DNA of 64,000 nucleotides from an uncultured virus (IMG/VR IMGVR_UViG_3300044715_001755) (IMGVR_UViG_3300044715_001755), one strand, 5' to 3'. Positions 20,110 to 29,313 are shown, numbered from the stretch's first letter. Translations and numbers: made by a program. The notes: generated by a model not told the origin, from the letters alone.

Positions 20110-20516
20110 AGCAAGAAACATTTGAAGAATTTTTAGAAAGAGAAGGCTACCCTGAAGGTAGAATCCAAGAAGTATGGGAAGACGGTGCTAAAAGAGGTGC
20201 TGAATGGCAAGAGAAGAGAATGTATAGTGAGGATGAAGTCTTAAACTTACTAATAGAGATGAATTCTTGGCCTACTACCTTTGAAGGTAAAGAAGATATT
20301 ACAGAGTGGTTTGAAAAATTTAAAAAAGAAATAACTATGGAAACAGTAACTAAAACGATTGAAGAAATTAACAATGGAGCTGAGTGTCCATTACCGATCA
20401 GTGTTATCCCGAATGAGATGGGTATTAATCTTGTAAGTGTAGAAAGTATCTCTTGGACTAAACAAGAAGATGGTCAATTAGTATCACTTACTATAAATTT
20501 TTTACCTAAAAACTAA
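20106..20516 (+). CDS. hypothetical protein, probable fusion of two cassettes
   Basis: internal ATAACTATG junction-like sequence at about 20331-20339. Confidence 0.6.
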   Translation: MKQETFEEFLEREGYPEGRIQEVWEDGAKRGAEWQEKRMYSEDEVLNLLIEMNSWPTTFEGKEDITEWFEKFKKEITMETVTKTIEEINNGAECPLPISVIPNEMGINLVSVESISWTKQEDGQLVSLTINFLPKN

Positions 20517-20522
20517 ATAACT

Positions 20523-20696
20523 ATGGGAAAGAAATTCGTGGTAAAAAACTTTGAAAATGGACTTTATTATCGGGGTTGGGATTTTGGTTGGTCTTCAGCC
20601 CACTCGGCTTATCTATTTGAAACACTCGAAGACGCTAAAGATTTTATCGGCAGACTTGTTGGTAAATTCCAAATAGAGACCATTCACATAATCTAA
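20523..20696 (+). CDS. small hypothetical protein (not in ORF track)
   Basis: MGKKFVVKNFENGLYYRGWDFGW..., 57 aa, between two junction repeats. Confidence 0.65.
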   Translation: MGKKFVVKNFENGLYYRGWDFGWSSAHSAYLFETLEDAKDFIGRLVGKFQIETIHII

Positions 20697-20708
20697 AACT
20701 AAATAACA

Positions 20709-21029
20709 ATGGAAAAGAAACAAACCGCGGTTGAATATCTTGTAGAGCAACTCGAAAGAATTGGATTTTCTACAAATGATTTAGCAGATTACTACAATGA
20801 AGTTCAAATAGCTTTAGAAATGGAGAAGGAGCAGATGAAAGAAATGTATTTGAAAGGCATTGAAAACTATGACCCAGAATTTCCAAAAACATCTAAACTT
20901 ACTCAAGTAAAATTTGATTTGACTCATTTACAAGGTGGTACTTATCAAGTAGAATCAGAAGGTAATGTGTGGTTTCAAGGAAGCCTTACAGACTGTCAAA
21001 CCTACATTAATATAAACTCTAAAAACTAA
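20709..21029 (+). CDS. KQTAVE-family protein, copy 2
   Basis: KQTAVEYL...ALEMEKEQ. Confidence 0.7.
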   Translation: MEKKQTAVEYLVEQLERIGFSTNDLADYYNEVQIALEMEKEQMKEMYLKGIENYDPEFPKTSKLTQVKFDLTHLQGGTYQVESEGNVWFQGSLTDCQTYININSKN

Positions 21030-21035
21030 ATAACT

Positions 21036-21993
21036 ATGGAAAACCTCACACTAAATTCTACAGATGGTAATCTTGTTCATGCAAAACCTACAGTTACTGT
21101 TGAGACAGCAGTAGAAATTGCAGGGCAAGGAGAACTACCAATTAAAATAATTGCAGATTTCACAGATATTCCTGAGCATAAGCATGAGATGTTTTTACAA
21201 GCATTCAAAATGATGTACAAAATTAAATTTTAAACTAAAAACTATGAAAATTACAATTAACAACAACAATGGGGATTCAAGACAATCCGCTATTGTAACT
21301 ATTGACACTAAACATTGCAATTATCCTTACGCAATCAGGGAGGCTTTTGAATTAGCCTTAAAACTGGATGGTCATGCTGAAAGTGTGATAGATGACGTAT
21401 TTAACCGAACAACACATGAATTTAAATCTGAAAAATAAAAATTATGAATAACGAAAGATACAATCAAATTATTGAGGATGTTTATAAGAACTATCTGATC
21501 GAAGATGGTAGGATATTACCTAATATGTCAAAAGAAAAAATGACTGAGTTAGGTTATACATTAACACAAGAAGAGTTCATCAGCAAATGTAAAACAGATA
21601 CAAAGTTCTCTGAAAAGTGGGGATTAAAGATTGAAGAACGAGAGTTGAGTTTGATAGAAAGATATGATATCCATCCAAGATACCTAACCGAGGATAAATT
21701 AGATTTGTTATTTGAATTTGCAACTGACGAAAATTTGGATAAGTTAGGTGTACCAGACAAACTAATCACACTAGCATACGATAACGAAACAATAAAAAAT
21801 TATGCATAACGAAATATCGAGTGAAAAATTACATTTATCTGATGCTATGTTTAGTATTTTTACCATTGACGAAATAAAAACGATAATAAAACATAGGCAA
21901 TTTAGAGGAATGAAAACTTTACAAATGCCAAAAGATAAACAAGATGAGTTTAGGGAGATTATCAACAAAATAGAGGATATGTTTGATGTGTAA
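21036..21993 (+). CDS. four small hypothetical ORFs (21036-21233, 21244-21438, 21444-21809, 21802-21993)
   Basis: packed ORFs within cassette array. Confidence 0.6.
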
Positions 21994-22021
21994 AAATATT
22001 TCAACTAAAAACTAAATAAAA

Positions 22022-22288
22022 ATGCAAAAATTTAGAAAAAAACCAGTAGAAATTGAAGCAGAACAATTTGTTGTTTGGAATAATAAAGAAGTTCCAGCTT
22101 TTATAAAACTACACGATGTGACATTTCCGGTTTACAAAAATGTCAATGGAGAGTCATATGTTATCATACCAACACTCGAGGGTCAACACATTGCTTCAAA
22201 TTTAGATTGGATTATCAAGGGAGTAAAAGGAGAACTATACCCATGTAAACCTGATATTTTTGAAAAAACATACGAGCTTGTAAAGTAA
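22022..22288 (+). CDS. widespread small phage protein (PGDYG-like family)
   Basis: KFRKKPVEIEA.QF...PTLEG...DWIIKGVKGELYPCKPDIFEKTYE. Confidence 0.7.
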   Translation: MQKFRKKPVEIEAEQFVVWNNKEVPAFIKLHDVTFPVYKNVNGESYVIIPTLEGQHIASNLDWIIKGVKGELYPCKPDIFEKTYELVK

Positions 22289-22295
22289 AACAACT

Positions 22296-22415
22296 ATGGA
22301 AAATAGAAGAGAAGGACTACCGATAGAAGTAGTAGCAGCTATAGTAAGCATAATAGCAATGGTATGGGGTATAGCAATGGGACTATCCTGGCTAATAGGA
22401 TTGATAGCAAACTAA
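22296..22415 (+). CDS. 39-aa membrane peptide (not in ORF track)
   Basis: MENRREGLPIEVVAAIVSIIAMVWGIAMGLSWLIGLIAN. Confidence 0.55.
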   Translation: MENRREGLPIEVVAAIVSIIAMVWGIAMGLSWLIGLIAN

Positions 22416-22428
22416 AAACTAAATAACT

Positions 22429-22584
22429 ATGAAAAAGAAACAAACACTTGAAGAAGCTCTTAAAAATTATGTGCAAGGTAAAGGCACCGTTGCTAAAAAT
22501 CACCCACCTGTTTATTCTGAAAATGGGGAAAAACTATTCTTTAATGAGCAAGGCTATTTAATCAAATTGTATCATGAAAACTAA
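22429..22584 (+). CDS. small KQT-start protein (not in ORF track)
   Basis: MKKKQTLEEAL..., 51 aa, flanked by junction repeats. Confidence 0.6.
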   Translation: MKKKQTLEEALKNYVQGKGTVAKNHPPVYSENGEKLFFNEQGYLIKLYHEN

Positions 22585-22590
22585 ATAACT

Positions 22591-22827
22591 ATGGAAAAGA
22601 AACAAACTGCGGTTGAATGGTTGGAAGAACAAATAAAAGATATTTTTTATGTTGCTGAAGCATCTGAAATGACTAAAAAGTTTCAAAGTGTTTATGAACA
22701 AGCCAAGCAAATGGAGAAGGAGCAGATTCAAGATGCCCACCTTCACGCTCAATTTAAAGTTGTAGAGGTAAAAAAAGAACTTGCAGAAAAATACTACAAC
22801 GATTTTTACGGAGGTAACAATGAGTAA
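22591..22827 (+). CDS. KQTAVE-family protein, copy 3
   Basis: KQTAVEWL...EQAKQMEKEQ...AEKYYNDFYGGNNE. Confidence 0.7.
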   Translation: MEKKQTAVEWLEEQIKDIFYVAEASEMTKKFQSVYEQAKQMEKEQIQDAHLHAQFKVVEVKKELAEKYYNDFYGGNNE

Positions 22828-23059
22828 GCAAACTGCGGTTGAATGGTTGGAGCAACAATTAAATGAGAAACGATTAAAGCATAGATTCCCTCTTATGAAC
22901 TCTGAACCACTATTTGAACACGCCAAGCAAATGGAGAAGGAGCAGACAATTGAGTTTTCTAAAAAATGTTTAGATAAAGCATTGGATACAGATATTAGAA
23001 CTGCTCATTTAAAAGTAGAAAAATACTACGGCGAAACTTACGGAGGTAACAATGAGTAA
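22820..23059 (+). CDS. KQTAVE-family protein, copy 4 (ATG 22820)
   Basis: MSKQTAVEWL...EHAKQMEKEQ...EKYYGETYGGNNE. Confidence 0.7.
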   Translation: MSKQTAVEWLEQQLNEKRLKHRFPLMNSEPLFEHAKQMEKEQTIEFSKKCLDKALDTDIRTAHLKVEKYYGETYGGNNE

Positions 23060-23102
23060 GAAAATAGGCTATTGGATATGGGCAGATTAAAAAATAAAAG
23101 CA

Positions 23103-23744
23103 ATGGAACTGAGCTATAAAATCGAGCAAGTAAAACCTAACATATTTTCGGTTACATTGCCTCATCCATATCATTTACCCCTGCTGTTTTGTAGGGTTCA
23201 GGAGTTTTACGAATCACCAAATGAGGATTTCAGAGGCAAGTCATTTAGTATCTGGGATTATATGGAATGGTATTCCGAATTTAGAGGGTCGTTTACCTAT
23301 CCGGCGGACTGGAGTGGTTTTAATATACCCTTTGATGTTTTAGAAGAGTGCATTAGGGTAAGCAAAATCGAGACCCCATATGATTCTGAAATGCTTAGCA
23401 TTTATGAATCGATCAAATCAATGAAGTCCGAGGGAAAGGCATATATCATCGGTATAGAGAATAACCAGGGGCGTACTTTTGATCACGAGGCGTGTCATGC
23501 TATGTTTTGCATTGATGAGGAGTACAAACAGAAAGCATTGACATTTGTTAGAAGTATCGATGTGGAAATATCAGAGAGGATGAAGCAAAACCTATTGAAG
23601 GGCGGGTATTCAGAGCCAGTGCTTGAAGACGAGATTCATGCTTATTTAATGTACGGACACAATTCAAAAATTCTGTCATCTGGCATTAATAAGCACAAGA
23701 CAAATAAGCTACATAGGGATATACATAAAATATTAAATCCCTGA
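23103..23744 (+). CDS. HExxH-containing hypothetical protein
   Basis: FCRVQEFYESP, WSGFNIP, DHEACHAMF, DEIHAY. Confidence 0.65.
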   Translation: MELSYKIEQVKPNIFSVTLPHPYHLPLLFCRVQEFYESPNEDFRGKSFSIWDYMEWYSEFRGSFTYPADWSGFNIPFDVLEECIRVSKIETPYDSEMLSIYESIKSMKSEGKAYIIGIENNQGRTFDHEACHAMFCIDEEYKQKALTFVRSIDVEISERMKQNLLKGGYSEPVLEDEIHAYLMYGHNSKILSSGINKHKTNKLHRDIHKILNP

Positions 23745-23825
23745 AATTGAAAGCATGGATGCATTTGATTTTGTGACTAAATAATATTTCCACCTTGATA
23801 TATAGATGGTAAAAAAATTAGAAAA

Positions 23826-24248
23826 ATGAAAAACATCAAACTATTCGAAGAATTCAATGTCATTAAATCACTCGAGGACCTAGATCTAGAAGGTCTCGAA
23901 GCTGATCTTGAGAAAGCAGTAAGTGACATAGAGATAGAGGAAAGTATAGCATACCTATTTGAAGACATGACCGAGGAAGAGGCTAAGCTTTATTTTGAGG
24001 ATCTAAAAAAGAGAAAGCCATCTCTAATGGACAAAATTAATAAATGGTTTAAAAAGATAGGTAAAAATATTAAAAAGGGGATTATAAAAAGAGAAAGGCA
24101 GAGGAGAATGAAGTATTCACCACCCAATCCGAAAAGAATGAAATTAATTAAAGCAGGTAAAGTGGTAGGGGGAATAGCTTTTGCAGCTTTATACGCTATC
24201 CTATATAATCTGGTTGGGCTTCCGCAAATTAATAGAGGGCAACAATAA
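23826..24248 (+). CDS. CTS-like N-terminus protein with C-terminal TM helix
   Basis: MKNIKLFEEF; GATATATA at 23797-23804. Confidence 0.65.
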   Translation: MKNIKLFEEFNVIKSLEDLDLEGLEADLEKAVSDIEIEESIAYLFEDMTEEEAKLYFEDLKKRKPSLMDKINKWFKKIGKNIKKGIIKRERQRRMKYSPPNPKRMKLIKAGKVVGGIAFAALYAILYNLVGLPQINRGQQ

Positions 24249-24417
24249 TCAAAGACACGATAAGTTTCTTTATAGTAAAAGACCGATCCTCAGATCGTGT
24301 TTTTTGTGCTCCGTGCTTTGGATTAAAAAATATTTTTTAATTCATCTTCTTTTTTACGGGGATTCGACATATATTTGTACTGTTAATCAATTAATAACCA
24401 CTTAAAAAAATAAGAGT

Positions 24418-24855
24418 ATGAAAAAGAACACATTTCAAGGTTTGATCAAAAAAGGATTTTTGACAACAGCATTCTTAGCCTTCACCATCTTGGGATTCTC
24501 TCAAAAGAAGCAAGAAGTAACAGATTCTTTATCTGTAATGCTTTCTAAAGAGTTCGGAAGAACTTTCACACTCGACCCAAATATGTCATTGGGATGTCAG
24601 AATAGCGCTAAGGAAAGCTACTATGGACCGGTGATTCCCCCGGTTAAAGGACAAGCTCACTATCACGCACGTTTAAAGATGGAAGGTGATCAAGTTTTGG
24701 ATATCCTAAGAACCACTACAGCTGTAAGAGATATTAAGGAGCTTATTCAAAGAGAGGATGCCTACGCTTATCTAAATGAGATCTCAGCATCAAGATTCTG
24801 GGTCGAAGAGGTTAAGGTAGAAAACACTTACTATTTAGTAGTTGGCTTGGATTAA
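24418..24855 (+). CDS. secreted hypothetical protein
   Basis: signal peptide ...AFTILGFSQ; CGG..TATATTTG promoter 24357-24377. Confidence 0.65.
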   Translation: MKKNTFQGLIKKGFLTTAFLAFTILGFSQKKQEVTDSLSVMLSKEFGRTFTLDPNMSLGCQNSAKESYYGPVIPPVKGQAHYHARLKMEGDQVLDILRTTTAVRDIKELIQREDAYAYLNEISASRFWVEEVKVENTYYLVVGLD

Positions 24856-24871
24856 CCAAAGTATAGATAAC

Positions 24872-24898
24872 AAAAAAGGCCCATAAGGGCCTTTTTTT
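24872..24898. terminator. bidirectional terminator between convergent genes
   Basis: AAAAAAGGCCC-ataa-GGGCCTTTTTTT. Confidence 0.8.
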
Positions 24899-24915
24899 AT
24901 GCAGTTGTTTTTTAT

Positions 24916-26238
24916 TTAAAAATTTCCCTCTACTGTGATAGTGTAAGTAGCTTGAACTATTACAGCCTGATCTAATTTGTACGTGCTCTCAGCGTAATAA
25001 ACTTTATCCTCAGTTTTTTCCGTTACAGCCGCTCTTGTTTGACCAGTTATTTTTAAAATCACCTTTCTCCAGGTCTTCCTGTCTTCTGTGCTTTCTTTAG
25101 GCTGAATTTCGGTTTCCTTGGATGCGGTTGCTTTGTAACCTAATGGTTCTTTAGATCCGTCGGTTCCGCTTAAGTAAGACGCTACCCTATTAGCTCTATC
25201 GAGAGCTAGCTTCTTATTATCGAAAGGCGGCTCTCCTTCTTGTGATGCACCACCAATAACCTCTATTTTTTCAACAGAAGAGAATTGGCTGGCTATAGCG
25301 TTAGCGATGTATTTTTTACCGTCCTCTTTAAGCTCGTCTGAACCTTGTTTGAACAAAACACCGTTGTCCTGAATAGCCAGAGGATAAGTCTCACCGCCCG
25401 TTGTAACAGGGACCTTTACCGTTTTAAGCTCCGTATAAGGCATTTCAGTTCCCCCGTTAGGGATAATATCTTTAAGAATGTAAATTACAAGATCGAATGT
25501 TGCTTCTGGTTGAAATTTAGCTTCCTTCCTAGCCGCATTTTTTCCAGAAACAAGACATGTTTGATAATCTGCTGCCGGAATGTCCATTACACCTTTAATA
25601 GGTCCTGAACTAACCGTGGACTGCTTAAACTCGATCACAGTATCTGATGCAGTCATAATTCTTTGTTTCATTATTCCCGATCCATCGATCAGAGCTGTAT
25701 TATCTATGTCATTGAGGTCCTTTACAGATTCAACATCCGTGTCCCTATCATCACTATCAACTCCTACTACTATCCATATTCTTTTATCATCTCTTTTAGC
25801 TATTCCTCCGAATCCGGACTTAGTGCGGATGTTACCAGCTGATGCCGCAAGAAGAATCTTACCTATGTCATCTTTATCTGATTTTAGAGAAACGATATTA
25901 CCGCCACCAAGCGATCCTTTATAAGGTGCCTTTCCAGCTATAAGTTGATTAAATGTGGTCTCGGCTAGAGCTAAATCTATACTCTTTATTTTAGCGCCAG
26001 CTCTAACATTAAAGCGTTCGACCAGTCTTTGCATGGATGAAGTAACTTCGTCTAAATATGTGCTTTTACCGTCAGTGTTGATCATTGATTTGAGTCTAGC
26101 TAGTGGTTTAGCAGCATCCGCTCCGCCTGAAAGTTTAGAAACGAATGGTGAGACACCCTGATCCCAAGACACTGCTTCGGATATAATCTGATAGGCCTCG
26201 TTGAGAAATTCCTCGAATGAATAAAGTCTGTTTTTCAT
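24916..26238 (-). CDS. protein with CTS-like N-terminus and C-terminal OmpA-like peptidoglycan-binding domain
   Basis: MKNRLYSFEEFLNE; LFKQGSDEL, IEVIGGAS, NKKLALDRANRVASYL, RKVILKI. Confidence 0.65.
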   Translation of the reverse strand: MKNRLYSFEEFLNEAYQIISEAVSWDQGVSPFVSKLSGGADAAKPLARLKSMINTDGKSTYLDEVTSSMQRLVERFNVRAGAKIKSIDLALAETTFNQLIAGKAPYKGSLGGGNIVSLKSDKDDIGKILLAASAGNIRTKSGFGGIAKRDDKRIWIVVGVDSDDRDTDVESVKDLNDIDNTALIDGSGIMKQRIMTASDTVIEFKQSTVSSGPIKGVMDIPAADYQTCLVSGKNAARKEAKFQPEATFDLVIYILKDIIPNGGTEMPYTELKTVKVPVTTGGETYPLAIQDNGVLFKQGSDELKEDGKKYIANAIASQFSSVEKIEVIGGASQEGEPPFDNKKLALDRANRVASYLSGTDGSKEPLGYKATASKETEIQPKESTEDRKTWRKVILKITGQTRAAVTEKTEDKVYYAESTYKLDQAVIVQATYTITVEGNF

Positions 26239-26307
26239 TTTTTCTTTTTTTTTTATTTATTTACTTATATATCCTTTTTCCGAATAGATTTCTTTTTAAT
26301 TTTATAT

Positions 26308-27378
26308 TTATCCCAGATAAGATCTTAGTTGACTTGGTCTATTAGTCATGATTAGGCTAGGCTTTATGGCATCGATTATCTTCTTCCAAGCATTTTTAGA
26401 ATCTCCTCTATAAGAGGCACCGTTGGTATCTTTTGTTCCTCCAACAGCTACAACCATAGGGGAAACACTCTTACCCCTTAGAGCGTCAGACATATATCCG
26501 TTTACTATATAGGAATCAGAGTCACTAAATTGATACTCGAAGAATCCAGGCTTGACTTTAGAAACCACATCGTCTACTGCCTTTTTAGATGTCATTTTAC
26601 CAACATTGCTACTAGGAAGAATAGGCATCCATTTTATACCCATTGAACCCACTATGGGCGGTGGAGTAAAACTAGTTCCCTTTGCTACCACCTGTCCTTC
26701 TATGCCTTTAATGATACCCATCTTATTTATTACCGCTAGTTCTGATGCATCGCACTTATCCAATTGTAATATAGCTCTTGATTTGTATCCTTTAATTAGA
26801 CTGACAACATCTTGTAGCGAACATATCTTCTGGGTTGGATCTGAATCATAGGATATCGTTTTAACCTGATCCCATTTCATATTTTGAATCTTGCCACTAC
26901 CGTTAGTCTTAGAATCTAGAGTGCCATCGTGAAATAAAACAGGCACACCATCGGATGTGATCTGTATGTCTATCTCTATCATATCTGTTCCACCTTTGAT
27001 GTTCAACTCGATATTCTTAAGACAATTTTCTGCCCGGGAAGCACCTGCTCCATCCCATTTCCCAGCGTGAGCACAGATTAATGTCTTAGTATTAGAATTT
27101 GAAATGTACTCAGTTTTTGGATCCACCGCAACGACCTCGCTTTGGTATTCCGGGGTCTGTACTGTGGCACTTTGTGATGCTCTAGCCTCGGGGTGTCTAG
27201 CATCGAGTATATCTTTAGCTTTTTTGTTTCCCTCTAGAGAAGTCCAGTTTTTGATGCTTAGTCCCTTGGTCATCCACATCCCGTTAACAACTTTATATTG
27301 GTAGGGATCACCGGGAGTCTTATAGATAGCCTCCTCTGACTCAAATATAAACTGTGAGAATTTTAAAATTTTAGACAT
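26308..27378 (-). CDS. glycerophosphodiester phosphodiesterase (GDPD) domain protein with CTS-like N-terminus
   Basis: AHAG...AEN, IEIDIQITSDGVPVLFHDGTL, IMTNRP. Confidence 0.8.
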   Translation of the reverse strand: MSKILKFSQFIFESEEAIYKTPGDPYQYKVVNGMWMTKGLSIKNWTSLEGNKKAKDILDARHPEARASQSATVQTPEYQSEVVAVDPKTEYISNSNTKTLICAHAGKWDGAGASRAENCLKNIELNIKGGTDMIEIDIQITSDGVPVLFHDGTLDSKTNGSGKIQNMKWDQVKTISYDSDPTQKICSLQDVVSLIKGYKSRAILQLDKCDASELAVINKMGIIKGIEGQVVAKGTSFTPPPIVGSMGIKWMPILPSSNVGKMTSKKAVDDVVSKVKPGFFEYQFSDSDSYIVNGYMSDALRGKSVSPMVVAVGGTKDTNGASYRGDSKNAWKKIIDAIKPSLIMTNRPSQLRSYLG

Positions 27379-27433
27379 GCTTTATATATCACGCAAATTT
27401 TCTAATGTTTCGGTATAACCATCTGGAAAAACG

Positions 27434-27454
27434 CGGGGATTTCATTTACCTTTG
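27434..27454 (+). promoter_or_regulatory. CGG-N10-TACCTTTG promoter, probably leaderless
   Basis: box 27447-27454, ATG at 27459. Confidence 0.7.
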
Positions 27455-27458
27455 CACT

Positions 27459-28349
27459 ATGAGACAATTCAAGGTAACTGAAAGAAAAACAGACAGAACA
27501 TCGGCACTAGATAAATATTTTTCCGATATTACTAGAATACCGATGCTATCCCCAGAGGAGGAGAACGAGCTGGCTATTAGAGTAAGAAATGGCGACGAGA
27601 TTGCTAAAGAGAAATTAATAAGGGCAAATCTCAGATTCGTCGTCTCTGTTGCAAAGTCGTATGCTGGAACAAAATTTCCACTGATGGACCTTATATCACA
27701 GGGAAACATTGGACTGATAGAGGCAACGGAAAATTTCGATCCATCCACAGGATTTAAGTTTATCTCGTATGCTGTCTGGAGGATCAGAAAAAATATATTG
27801 GATTATCTGAGACTTTATTCTAGAACAATAAAAGTTCCGGGAAACGTTATCACTTGCTTAGCAGCGATTAAAAAAATACACATCGAGTATAATCAGAAAT
27901 ACGAGAGAGACGCTACCCTTGCGGAGATAAAAGAGAGATTTGATGAAATGACAGATAAGAAATGGATAAGCAAAAATATGGAGACCATCATGGATGGCAT
28001 GGCTGCTGATTCATTTAACATTCCATTAGAGCTGAGAAATGGTGAGGACGAGGACTTGGTAAAGGCTCCTATAACATGGATTCAATCTGAGGACTCCACG
28101 GGAGATCTTGCTAGGAAAAGCGACGTTCAAATTGTCACAGATAGACTGCTTGCAGTCTTAACACCAATAGAGAAAAAGGTGGTGATGGATAGGATGGGCA
28201 AGAACTGGGGATTTAAAAGATCTTTTGTCGACATAGGAGAGCAATTTGGTGAATCTGACGCTTGGGCTTTTAGAACATACAATAAAGCTATGCAAAAATT
28301 GAAAATCAAAGGTAGAAAATTAAAAGCTTCAAAAAAATTCGAAATATGA
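27459..28349 (+). CDS. sigma-70 (RpoD/RpoS-like) RNA polymerase sigma factor (ATG 27459)
   Basis: LDKYFSDI..PML..EEE; LIRANLRFVVSVAK; DLISQGNIGLIEA..FDP..GFKFISYAVW. Confidence 0.9.
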   Translation: MRQFKVTERKTDRTSALDKYFSDITRIPMLSPEEENELAIRVRNGDEIAKEKLIRANLRFVVSVAKSYAGTKFPLMDLISQGNIGLIEATENFDPSTGFKFISYAVWRIRKNILDYLRLYSRTIKVPGNVITCLAAIKKIHIEYNQKYERDATLAEIKERFDEMTDKKWISKNMETIMDGMAADSFNIPLELRNGEDEDLVKAPITWIQSEDSTGDLARKSDVQIVTDRLLAVLTPIEKKVVMDRMGKNWGFKRSFVDIGEQFGESDAWAFRTYNKAMQKLKIKGRKLKASKKFEI

Positions 28350-28990
28350 AAATAACATTAGAAAAGGGTCAAAATATCTACTGGACGTCAGATTCGCACT
28401 ACAGGCATTCTAATATCTGCTCAGCAACAAGCAATTGGCCCGAGGGATCAAAGACGCGGGACTTTCCTTCACTAGAGGATATGGACAATGCTATAGTTGA
28501 GTCTATCAACTCAGTGGTTGGTGAGAATGATATACTTATGCATCTCGGGGATTGGGCCTTTGGCGGATTTGAAGCTGTTAAGGAATTCCGTGATAGAATC
28601 AACTGCAAGAACGTCTACCTCATTCTAGGTAACCATGACCACCATATAGATCGTGATAAAGAAGGCATTAGATCTCTCTTTAAACACGTTTCTAAATACG
28701 AGTACCTTACAATCACCAGGGAGGCAGGTAAAGGGGAGAAGGTGGTTAAGATCAGAATGGTCTTGTGTCACTTCCCAATAGCTAGCTGGCATGACATGAA
28801 CCAGGGTGTTATTCACCTCCATGGTCACGTGCACTTCTCTCCTGATCAGAAGCTAAGCCCAGGAAAGATGATGGATGTTGGATTCGACGGGTCTGAGGAA
28901 TTTAGACCTTACTCATTGGACGAGATCCTGGGCATCATGGAGGACAGACCGGTCTGCTCACTATTCAATAACGACCACCACTTAGAGTAA
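28346..28990 (+). CDS. phage metallophosphoesterase
   Basis: WTSDSHYRH, HLGDW, LGNHDH, LCHFP, HLHGHVH, DVGFD. Confidence 0.85.
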   Translation: MKITLEKGQNIYWTSDSHYRHSNICSATSNWPEGSKTRDFPSLEDMDNAIVESINSVVGENDILMHLGDWAFGGFEAVKEFRDRINCKNVYLILGNHDHHIDRDKEGIRSLFKHVSKYEYLTITREAGKGEKVVKIRMVLCHFPIASWHDMNQGVIHLHGHVHFSPDQKLSPGKMMDVGFDGSEEFRPYSLDEILGIMEDRPVCSLFNNDHHLE

Positions 28991-28997
28991 AGATAAT

Positions 28998-29294
28998 ATG
29001 GAAAAAAGTTACGTTTATAATCTAACAGGAACAGATTACAATGTCCTGCTACAGAGAGGAGTTTACAACACAAAAACTCCTGCACTAGAACTCATCGATA
29101 TGGAAGATGGATTCCCGTTTGCCAAGTGCACCGTGAATGTTCCGGGTCTGTCTAAAGAGGAGGTCGGGGTTAAAGACTATTCGGAGAACGAGGGAATGCT
29201 AGATTTTCTAATCGGGAACGGAATAGTTGAAAAACCACATAGATACGAAAATTCCGGATTTGTTAAAATACCAATCTGTAAAATAGTAGAGTAA
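28998..29294 (+). CDS. DUF4313-like hypothetical protein
   Basis: PFAKCTVN, VKDYSENEG, SGFVKIP. Confidence 0.55.
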   Translation: MEKSYVYNLTGTDYNVLLQRGVYNTKTPALELIDMEDGFPFAKCTVNVPGLSKEEVGVKDYSENEGMLDFLIGNGIVEKPHRYENSGFVKIPICKIVE

Positions 29295-29313
29295 CCTGGA
29301 TAGATATTAACAT

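Larger units (their letters stand above)
20509..22593 (+). repeat. dispersed 17-bp junction repeat AAAACTAAATAA(C/A)(T/A)ATG
   Basis: copies at 20509, 20695, 21022, 22008, 22415, 22577, each ending in a start codon. Confidence 0.85.

Noticed and set aside
20509..22593. Junction repeats as a CRISPR array
   Set aside because: Spacing is 160-990 bp and irregular, the intervals are ORFs, and there are no cas genes
19928..22945. Near-identical 56-bp pair as DGR template/variable repeat
   Set aside because: Only one mismatch, both copies are coding, and no reverse transcriptase in the window
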